The notes under the pieces were generated by a model that saw nothing but the letters and a program-made list of their open reading frames with translations, ran no database searches and had not been told where the DNA came from. A DNA stretch of 64,000 nucleotides. Source: Octopus vulgaris. Taxonomy: Eukaryota. The translations under genes were made by a program, and so were the position numbers. Shown piece after piece: positions 53,660 to 64,000 of this stretch (positions are counted from its first letter, which is position 1; each line of letters opens with the position of its first letter). The stretch spans positions 133,610,001 to 133,674,000 of the forward strand of contig OX597817.1 of assembly GCA_951406725.2 (NCBI GenBank), given 5' to 3'.

Positions 53660-53871
53660 AATAAATACAGCTGAAGTGACACCTACTTTGTTATGTTATT
53701 GTCAATCAAAAGATGCTCACTAATGATACTATCTGTTTACTGTAAATACAACTAAAGTGACACCTACTTCTTGTCATTGCTGTTAATCAAAAGACAATCA
53801 CCAATGACCTTATCTATCGACAGTAATTATACAACTAAAGTGACACCTACTTCTTCACATTGCTGTCAATC
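53660..53871. repeat. Minisatellite, unit about 82 bp, about 2.5 copies
   Basis: ataca.ct.aagtgacacctactt recurs at about 53665, 53746 and 53829. Confidence 0.85.
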
Positions 53872-56842
53872 ACCACATTCAAGTAAAGCAGGGAATTTTT
53901 ATGGGGTTGCTTAACTTGGTAAAATTAAGAACTTAAATCTTTTCAAATCATAACTTATCTTAAGCAGGCACAAAAAGATGAGATGCTCACAGCTGGAATG
54001 CTTTTGGTCATTGGTCACTTTCATCAGTTCGACCTGGGTCTAAACTAGAATATTTCCCACTGAATATGTTTTCCTCAGCCCATATGTAAAAGATCTTCAT
54101 ATATTCTGATGTGTGCCATTTTACATGAACAGGTTTGCTGTCATATGGAACTGCTGGCATTCTAGCCACTGATTTCAAAATGTCTTGGTGCTTAATAATC
54201 ACATTAGTTACTCATTTCTCTACATCAAGCTAAAGAAAGATTTGAACTCAATATTATCATTATCTCTTACACACTACTCTGCACCATTTACATCAATAAA
54301 CTGCATTTCCACACAGTACCTAATTACAGTTATTTGGATATTTTATGGAAGGAGAAATTAGATATTTTTCCAATAAATTATGCAAGAACAGGAACTCAGG
54401 CTTTTTTTTTTTGTTTTTTTGTTTTTTTGTTTTTTTCACGCTGGGAACTTCTTAGTCTCTGACACTCTTTGAAATAAATGTGGTTTATTGTGGATTTTTT
54501 TTTATTTAATAAGAACATGATAATGCGTTGTTGTGGTTGTTACTATACCCCCGGATATCTTTCATTAGACACATCTTTGATTCTAAAATGTTCTCACCGG
54601 AGCTAAACAACTAGATGGAATGGTATTCCCAAATATGAGAAACTGAGCTTAAATATTTGCTAAAAGTGTATTCTGTGGCCATCTGTTGTTAACACTGATC
54701 TTATTTGTTTAAATACATGCCTACATTGTACAAGAAAGTTCCTACATGGTTCAATATGCTAGAAGTAGTTGTCAAATCACCTTCAAATAATAATGTACTG
54801 TCTTAAAAAAAAAAGAAAGGATACATTACGTAATGTGATGAGGAGATCACTATTCTATGTTATCACTCAAGCTGTTTGAAATAGCAGCCTAATTTCCTCA
54901 AATCACACCATACCTTCTTTAAAATGGAAGGAGACATAGTGTATCCAGGATTATATTCAGTCTTGGCTATTTTATACTTTAAATAAAGGAAGGATGGTCA
55001 TTGCTGAACTGCTTTTGATTATAGGCCTGCCTAACCAGGCCTTACCTGGGGCTAAACGACAACCTGTTCAAGATATTCAAAAAATAGCATCTAGGTGCCT
55101 TTATCATCATCATCTTAATTGTAACCATGCTGAATAGTCAAGAAGGACTGTATGTATTCCAATCATTTGAGAGGTTTCCATTTTTTAGGAATAACTTGCT
55201 TGAAATAAAATGCCTTTGACGCTAAGATGTTATACAACTAACCACATTCTCATAAATTCCAATCTTCCTATCGTCCCATTATGCATCTGAGTGAAACGCA
55301 ACCTTTTTTTGCTCCAGTTTGCCCAACCCAACTATTCTGTTTTGTGGTTATCAGCTTAAAGGGCATCCTAGGGCAAAACTGATTACTCTCATAAAAAAAG
55401 ATAACACTTCAAGAGAAATGGATGTGAAAGAAAAATGAAAAAATTCTGACAAGCTTTTCTCCCTAAACTTATGTTGACTACTACAAATATGAACTCCTCT
55501 ATCAACCTATGTATCTATTTTAATAGAGTCTGTATTTGCTAGACTTTAATGTCTGACGTTTCGCTTCAGGATTTACTATCAGCCACCATGGTGTTCAGTA
55601 ACAATAGATTACAGTGGTAATATTACAAAAATCCAATTATTGATTTTAAATGATTTGCAAAACTAATTACCATTTAGGAAGCTAAGTTAATATAAAATAA
55701 CGATTTCTTACATAATGGGCAATAATGTCTAAGATGTTTGTTCAGTGAAATGAGCACTTGTGATATTCATGTGTCAGTGGTAAGCAAAGAGATTAGTGGC
55801 ATAATATGCAAGAAGGTACCAAGAGAAAAATCGAAATGCTAGCTAGCTATAAAATAGTGGCAACAGACTGACTATTTTGCACAACCTCTGTGATTTTAGA
55901 TCAAAAGAATTTACCTCATGAATGGAATAATTCAAATTGTCAATTTTAGAATAAAGAACTACATGCTGTAATGCAATAAGTTACAATGTTCCGGCAGGTA
56001 AAAGTGGAACAAATAATTTTTAAAAAATAATACTCCAAGCTGCAACAAGTATATGGTCTCTTGCACTGCTAGAAATATCAGTCAAATCTCCCACAAATTG
56101 CATCCTGTTGTCTTAAAAAACAAAGAACTTATTGGATAGTAAATTTCTAGATATATTATGCTTAACAAATAAGCCTGTTAACAAAGGTTGCAGCATCTTT
56201 GGTTATTGGTCTGCTGGATCACAGCTGACCTTGGTCTTAGTAACAACAAACAACTACAGTGTATCAAAATCTCGTAGATCTGTCAGTCTTTTTTTCTTAC
56301 TCTGTCTCTCTCTTTTCTGTCACCTTGTTTTCTATGTTGTTCTCACGTTCTCTTACTTCATAGAAACATATAAAGCATCTCCTAGTGATCTCACTAGCAC
56401 TGGTCCCACAAAAAGGCATCCAGTATACTCTGTAAAATAGTTGGTGTTAGGAAGGGCATCCACCCAGAGAAACCATACTAAGGCAAACATTGGAGCATGA
56501 TGCACACTTTGGACATGTAAGGTCCTGTCAAATCACCCATCCCATTCCAGCTTGAAACATAGACATATTTTGTGTGTGTGTGTGCACATGTATGTATGCA
56601 TTTGTGTGTGCGCGTATGTGTTGTATAAATGCTACTTTCTTTCTCTGATTTTCAACATCTTTTAGATAAACATAAAATTAATCTCTAAATAGAAAGGCGT
56701 AAATACATATAATTGAAACAACCCTGTCACATGACTGGTATTTTATCAACAGGCAATGGAGTGAAAGGTAAAGTCTATTGTGGTAGGAAACATTCATTTC
56801 TTAGTGCTGTAAGGCTACAAATATATATATATATATGTATAT

Positions 56843-57138
56843 TTGTTGTTCCTTCTCAAGCCATGCCTGGCTCATAAGGGCTGGCTTCCCGGTTTCATTA
56901 GCATATAGATTCCCCACCTGGATGAGGTGCTGGTCTGTCACAGGTGAGCTGCTAGATGCAGAAGGAAAGAGTGAGAGAAAGTTGTGGCAAAAGAGTCAGC
57001 GGAAGTTCACCATTATCTTCTGCCAGAGCCGCGTGGTGTTTCACTCATAAACACATACATCACCTAGTATGAAATTTGAACACGTGATCCCTCGACTGCC
57101 AGTCTGCTGCTCTAACCACTAGCCTATGTGCCTCCACA
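56843..57138 (-). mobile_element. tRNA-derived SINE, near full length
   Basis: - strand head tgtggaggcacataggctagtggttagagcagcagac...gtgttcaaatt. Tail gaaaccgggaagccagcccttatgagccaggcatggcttgagaaggaacaac. Confidence 0.75.
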
Positions 57139-58677
57139 TATAGATGAGTAGTGGAGATAACTGAATCAACCTCAGCACATGACTGCTATTTGTATCATAC
57201 AGCCAAAAGTCTGTAACATATTACAACTGTCAAACCGTCCATCTCATGCCAGCATGATGATGATGACGACGATGATGCTATTGGGAGATAGTTGTTGTGG
57301 TTGATAGGTGAAATTGTGTTAATTGCAGTTGTTGTTCTCTGTCAATCCTGACTGAGCTGACCTATGTCGCTACTTTGACCAGTCTATATTTTTTCTGTAT
57401 ACAATGAACCCAGGATCACATCATCTACCGTGCTCAGGACATTGTAGATGGTGATGGCGTTGCTGTAACGTTATTTGTCCACCGTACTCTACAGATAAAT
57501 GCTATTGAATTTTAATTTCCAAACAAAGGACTTTGGACTTACTTTGAACATCTGAATCAGTCTGGCCATTTGGATGTCTGTCTGTCCGTCTCTTTTATGA
57601 ATTTATTGATCAATAACGAAGAAAAAAAATGTGTGGATATGGAGGAGAAGGTTAGAAGCAGGAGGAAAAGAAGAAAGAATATTGAGAAAATTTGTTAACT
57701 ATTTGTGTGTGAGTGTATATCATATATATATATGTATATGTATACATATGTGCATATGCGTATGTGTGTGTGTATGTCATATGTGTATGTATGTAAGTAG
57801 TTATTAGCACTAGCATTACATTCATTATAGAACTTCATAGTTTCACCACCAGTTCTATTAGCATCATTATCACCTTCAGCTCTACTAATATTACATCCAT
57901 TTCATATGTTGCAGCTGCTGCTGCTGTTGTGGCCATCATCACCATTAACGACGCCAACACCACCATCATAATCACCATCATCATCACTGTCACTATCATC
58001 ATCATGTATGTAAACATTTAAAAGATGCAATAATAACATCTGCAAAGACCTCACTGCCAGGATTTTATTTTTTGCCTCTTCTGAATTCTTTTACTCCATT
58101 TCCTCCCCCTCCTCCTTCTCCTCCTCATCATTATTTACATAATATGTTACCATCATTACTACCACTATCACTATTATCATCAGTGTGTGTCTCTCTGGTT
58201 ATTGTTCACTTTAATGATATGAGATATTATACTGTCGGCAACATCAGTTACAGTCACTAAATGGCCACGTCACCACCATAAAACTACAACAACAGCAATT
58301 AATGATGTTTTCCATACCTACAAACAATACAAGTGTATAGCTTATGAGTGTAGGTATGTGGCCTTGTGGTTTTCGGTGTTTGGTTTGCAATCACAAGATT
58401 GTGAATTCAATTCCTGGACCAGGCTGCATGTTCTGTCCTTGATCAAGGCACTTCATTTTGTGTGGTTTCAGTCTACTCTGCGAAAAATGAACACTGTTTT
58501 GAGTATTGCAGCAGCTATCACATCCAGCATATGCCACTGGGTTAGAAGGTGATAGGGAGAGGATGATTATGTCTGATCACCACTACATAGTCATTTAAAA
58601 CAATCAGCAAAAACAAGGTCACTCTTGCAATCAAGTCATTCTCATTTGTGATGATGGCTTGCTTTTGAATAGCTTAA

Positions 58678-58899
58678 CCCTTTTGTTACCATATTTCTGT
58701 TGAGATGCTTTGTGTTTCTTTCAATTAATTTTGAATATAACAAAAAATTTAGTAAAATAACTTTGTTATCATTAAGCTAGCATTAAGATCATGAATTATG
58801 GCTAAGGTTTGGGTGAAGATTTTAATTCAGAACTTTTGACAACAAGACATTTGTCCAAAAGAGCCAGAGGTGGTTTCAGGTGGGTTGGTATTAAAAGGG
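58678..58899. mobile_element. piggyBac-like MITE, family A (copy 2)
   Basis: TTAA at 58674-58677 and 58900-58903. CCC...GGG termini. Matches 1439-1658. Confidence 0.8.
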
Positions 58900-60967
58900 T
58901 TAAGGGACAGATGTAGGAGGGGAATTTATTCAAAATATTTCTTGAGGATAATAAAAAGCAACAGCAGTAAAGAAGCCTTTTCATAGTCACTGTGCTTGTT
59001 AGCAATATCAGCCAAATCTCCCCAAAATTGCAACTCATCATCTTAAAAGAATTAAGGACAAAATAGAGTGTGTCACTGCAATGGAAGTAATAAGTACACT
59101 AGCAAAATGCCATAACTACAGTAACAAAAGCATGGAAATAAGAACTACAATACTACCACAAGGCTTATGAAAGTACCTTAACATCGTTACAACCACTACC
59201 ATCACCAAACACAACGTAAGCCAATCAGACAGCTTCTAATTTGGCATTGCTCAGCTGGCAGCTAAATGTCCCTCAATCACACACTATAGCCTTAAATAAA
59301 GGAAGGAAACATGGTCATGAAATTAGCTATGTTCATGACATGAAGAATCTAACATTACATAACTGATGCATTAGCTGACACAAAAAAATTTGTTGAAGAT
59401 GAAAGTGTCAGTTCTAACTATCGCTATCTTTTTTTCTGCACAACATACAAACTCATCCAGACTCAACAGCTTCACTGCATAATTTTTGTTGATGCAGACC
59501 ACCTCTACTTTCTCCAAACTTTTTCTTCATCATTGTCATCATCATCTTCTTTTAACATTCCATCTGTCATGCTGGCATAGGTTGGATGGTTTGACAGGAT
59601 TCAGTGGATGTGAGGACTAAATCATGCTCCAATGTGTACTGGTAGGGTTTCTACAGCTGGATGCTCTTTCTAATGCCAGCTATTTTACAAAGTATATAAG
59701 GTGTTTCGTTTGTAGTACCAGCACTAGCAAAGTTACCATGCAGCTTGACAGGCTAAGATTCCCGTCAGTTAAGTGGGGCTACAGTAGGGAAGGAAGCAGC
59801 TTAATGTTAGGAGATGAGAACAGCAACAACCGACCATCTCATCAACAAAAATTACCACAACGGTGTTGCAGAGCAAATAAGCAAGCCTTTCCTCTATGAT
59901 ATTATCACTATATTTGAGATGTAACAAAGTAGACAATAGTTTTTATGACTGTCGCTACCTTACAACTACAAATACAAATACAGCTAAGAGCATATCATTT
60001 AATATTGGTACATATTGATGAATCTTTAATAAGGTTGGATAGCGTGCAACTAAGTATTGGTGGCCGGCAATTAATTTCTTTATCATATTTGATTTCTTTT
60101 CATGATAAATTTATTCAGAAAAGAAGTTGTTATCTCTGAGAATAAAATATAGGAGCCAAGTTTGTTAATGGACAGTTGGTCAATCAGTTGATCAGGTGGT
60201 GGAGAGTGAGCGGAGTAAGATGGAGAATGTCAGTGATAGTTGTGGTGATGGTGGTGGTAAGAATGGCAGTGTTACAACTAGCTGTGGTTCTCTAATTCCT
60301 CCTGTCTATTGGTTGATTGTGTTTCAGCTGATCCTTAATCAAGTGAGAAGAATCAACCACACACTCAACATGTTCCTATTGTTTAGCCCTGATCCAGCTG
60401 ACCTGTATGATCAAAGACATTCAGGTCATGACCATCATATCATAATTTATCTTAAACTATCTTATAAATATAATTTTTTTTTCTTAAACAATAATATTAG
60501 GGTTTGATGTGATAGATTTGGTTGTTATTTCTTGCAAGGCAATCAATCATGTAGAGGCTCCTACTTTGGTTTTAGGTTGTTTGATGAGAATTGTTGAATA
60601 AAAGCTAAGCTGGGTTCATTACTAGTGTGTCAATACAGCAACACAGTTTCACTTCCTAACTGAAACCACATCACTTTTCTTTTATATTCTATCTACTGAT
60701 ATTGCTGAGGGAAGCATCCCACCCTTAACTTATTTGGCCTTTGGCTCTAATAAAAAAAGAAAGCTTTTTTTGTTGTTGTTTATCACTTTTAATGCTTAAT
60801 TTATTGACCTTCTTTTTAAGCTGAACAAAGATGAAAAGCTAAATCACATTTGGCTCTCTTGGCACTATTCAAAGTTAGGTCTATAAGCCAATACGGAGCT
60901 CATCAATTATAAATAGAATTTAGTTTGGTATTCCGATTATGAGCCATCACTTATTCTATATCTGTGT

Positions 60968-61192
60968 TTGGTGGTGGTGTTGGTGGTAGTAGAGGTAATG
61001 GTGGTAGTTATTATGATAATGAAAATGGGGATGGTGGTAGCAGTCAGTGGTGAAGATGATGATGAAGGTGGTGGTGGTGGTGGTGGTGGTGGTGGTGGTG
61101 GTGGAGGTGGTGATGATGATGATAGCAATGGTAGCAGTGATGGAGAGGATGTTGATGAAAGCAATGCTGGTGGTGGTGGTGGTGGTGGTGAT
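60968..61192. repeat. (GGT)n/(GAT)n low-complexity tract
   Basis: Directly visible. Similar (CCA/CAT) tracts at about 8070-8150, 8470-8630, 57840-58005 and 62725-63000. Confidence 0.9.
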
Positions 61193-61759
61193 TGCTCATC
61201 TCTAATATCTCACTTTTAGCTCATTAACTTGACCTGGATAACCTGTATTAATCTGTCTCTTTTGAACTCTGTGATTTGATGCTGTAAATATTTGGTAACT
61301 GTAAAGATAGCTGATGTTAAAGAAACATTAGACAAAGCCTATAGTTAGATAAGGAGTCTTTTATGATGACATGTATACCATAATACAAGGGAGACAGCAT
61401 AGAGACCAGCCAGTTGTTGCTATTGTTTAACCCCAGGTCTTCCCTGATTCAGCAAACCCATGATCTGGTGTTGACCATCCCATCTTTTTAGGGTTATTTA
61501 AAATCACACTGTCTAAAGTGCCATTTCCTGCTTTTAAGATAGTAGATGTGTTTGAGGGAGCCTATATTTAGTTGTTATTTCTTGCAGGTTAAGTGGTCCC
61601 ATAAATGTTTCCTCGTTAGTTTAAGAAACCAATCTGTTAGGATAGGTAAAATAACATTTTGTGAACTTTTAAATGCCGCAGTAGTAAAGTATCCTTGTAT
61701 GTAGGGTTTGACAGGTGTAGAAATTTAAGGAAGTGCTGATAAATTATATATATCAAAAG

Positions 61760-61930
61760 TCATCATCATCATTGTTCGACCGTGGTCGAGACAATGGAAT
61801 TTACTATGTTACGCCAGACTTCACGGTCCATCGTAGCATTATGGAGGTCCTGTTGCTGGATGCCTGTATCCCTGGAGAATACATCAGGATAGGAGAGTGT
61901 GCGCCCTCTGGTATCGCAAGCAGATGTAAG
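61760..61930 (-). mobile_element. RTE-X-like LINE 3' end
   Basis: TRGRTLSYPDVFSRDTGIQQQDLHNATMDREVWRNIVNSIVSTTVEQ* runs into a (TGA)n tail. Retained CpGs suggest a young copy. Confidence 0.75.
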
Positions 61931-62529
61931 ATATCATATAGTTGTCAGTCTTATGTAGTGAAGATACAATATTTCCCTATACCAACATCATGATCACCAT
62001 CAACATCACCATCATTTAATGTCCATGTCCTATGCTGGCATGAGTTGGACAGCTCTACAAGATTCGACAAGCCAGAGAACTGTGTTGAGCTCCAGTGTTG
62101 GCTTTGACATGGTTTCTCTGGCTGGGATGCCCTTCCTAATGCCAGCCACTTTACAGAGTGTACTGGGTGCCTTTTTTTTCATGGTATTAGATTGTGGGGT
62201 TACCAAATAACTCACAAAACAAGACCCTTTGACTGAGTTGAGATGCATTATTGATGGCAGAAAAGTAAAGTTAGTCTGTTGATTGTAGGAAAAATTGTAA
62301 GGTAGTTGAGTTGCAAGTTTTAACATTTCTGGTAGATATGGCAAGACAGAAAGAGAAAACTAAACCATGCTTCCTAAAAAGGCCTGGCACTGAAAAAGCT
62401 GACATTTCTAATTATACTAATAACTTCACCCCTTGGCTACTATTTGCATAACATAATTCTAGTTGAGATGTATATAATGGGCCTAATGATTTCTGCTGAT
62501 TACCAACTTTACTTTCGTTTATGCTATTT

Positions 62530-62567
<38 letters not shown>

Positions 62568-63822
62568 CAATTTTCTTACTTTATTTTGTTAACTGTTGCT
62601 TTCTTCTATGGTTTTTATTTTTTCTGTTTCTCAGTTTAATTAAAAACAAAAATAGAAAAGGACACCATCACATTTATTGTTTAACTCATGACTTCATTGA
62701 AAAAAAATCTTGTTAAAATGAGGTTGACGATAATGATAATGATGATGATGGTTGTAGTAGTTGTTTTTTTTTTTTGTAGTGATTGGTGTTGTGATGGTCT
62801 TAGTGACTGAGGTGGTCATGGTGAGTCTAGTGATTGTTATCACTAATTCATTGGAGATCTTTTCTAATTTGTTTCCATTAACTCTCATTTACATCTCAAC
62901 CACCACACTATCACCTCTGCCATTTCACCAACATCTCTGCACCACCAATCTCTACCATCTCTCTACTATCCACCACACCACAACCACCACCATAACCATT
63001 ACTATGCTGCTAATATTTCTGTACCAGCATAGCTAACCTTCACCATATCTCCATCTTCTCAAGCGAATGCAAGGCTAAATATCATTTACTTGGCCTCAAC
63101 AAACAGATTTACATAAAATATTAAAATATTAAACATTTAAATTTAAATGCACAGAATTAGTTTATTTTGAACATTCTAAAAACGAGCACAACAGCAAAAA
63201 AAGAACCAGATAAAAATTTTAAAAAAACCCTTTTTATTTGCCCTGTCCTGAGGCCTCTATAATTTAATACACTAACAGTCTGTCAGTAACAGGAAACTGG
63301 TTTTAAGTTTCAGGTTCCTTTCTTTGAATGTCAACAAATATTAATAGTAATATATATGACATATATTACTATTAAATCTCTGTAATTTAGAAGATGTAGG
63401 GGCAGGGATGGGGAAACATTTTAGAGCAGCAGATAAAAGTTTTCTAAGGTCCACGAGCAGATCACAGGTTCTAACTCTTATATCTGTGTAAATCTTGTAT
63501 ATATCTATGTATAATTTGATATACATTAATAAAGATAAGATTAACACATTAAATTAACATGTAACATCTTCATTAACACTACCACTGAATTTAGGACATT
63601 TATATTACATATGAGGCATTCTGTTTTGTTCAACTAAAGTGTAGTTGGGTCTCAAGGGGGTGGCATAACCTAGCAATATGTGTTTTATAGTGAAAACAAA
63701 ATTTCTATTCAAATGGCAATTACCGGACAATTTCTGACCATTTTAAGTTGTAGAGGAAATGTGACCTATGTCGCAAATAGGTATACGAATATTGTATAAA
63801 TTTTTATGAGTGAAAAATTTAC

Positions 63823-64000
63823 TATATTTTGTACATTTGAGTATATCAGCCTGCAAGCACAATAAAATAGACTCATAGGCACAGTTGTGTCTGCGAGCAG
63901 GTGTTTCCCCACCCTTGATGTAGAATAATGAATATAGCTCATAGAACCTGACAAGGAGTGGTGCTGTTGGATGGCAAGAGTTACTCTGTACCAACATCAT
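63823..64000 (-). CDS. Candidate coding exon truncated by the window edge
   Basis: Open frame ..PTAPLLVRFYELYSLFYIKGGETPARRHNCAYESILLCLQADILKCTKY with possible donor A|gtaaat at 63822. Non-repetitive and relatively GC-rich. Product not recognised. Confidence 0.3.

Noticed and set aside
53660-53871. CRISPR-like repeat-spacer appearance
   Set aside because: The intervening segments are themselves similar (a tandem repeat), the context is eukaryotic and there are no cas genes.
57537-57569. - strand ATG...|gtaagt mini first exon (MARLIQMFK)
   Set aside because: Too short to distinguish from chance, and no promoter evidence.
60937-61219. Poly-Gly/poly-Pro ORFs, and likewise the HT/VC/YI-repeat ORFs at 3994, 6325, 12492, 25517 and 31734
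   Set aside because: Translations of microsatellites.

Overview
This is AT-rich, microsatellite-dense eukaryotic non-coding DNA. Its repeats (tRNA-headed SINEs with CORE-like and Meta/MESC-like middles, RTE, RTE-X, CR1 and R4/Dong LINE remnants, TTAA-flanked MITEs) resemble those of a coleoid cephalopod, most likely Octopus; that assignment is inference from pattern recognition, not a database hit. I find no complete gene, intact tRNA/rRNA, CRISPR array or prokaryote-like system. Almost all ORFs in the track are microsatellite translations, transposon fragments or chance frames. Host-gene signal is limited to one plausible + strand terminal coding exon (3199-3392) and weak - strand exon candidates at the right edge. 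The best lead is a consensus recursive-splicing-like site on the - strand (37401-37440: branch point, long AG-free pyrimidine tract, CAG|GTAAGT) with downstream donors defining a stop-containing cryptic exon. Other leads are a head-to-head SINE pair with a palindromic spacer (possible ADAR substrate), one SINE head carrying either CR1-type or RTE-type tails with both partner LINE ends present in the window, and several different elements sitting in (TAA)n tracts together with Dong/R4 fragments. All family names and motif matches were made by eye. Boundaries of decayed elements are approximate.
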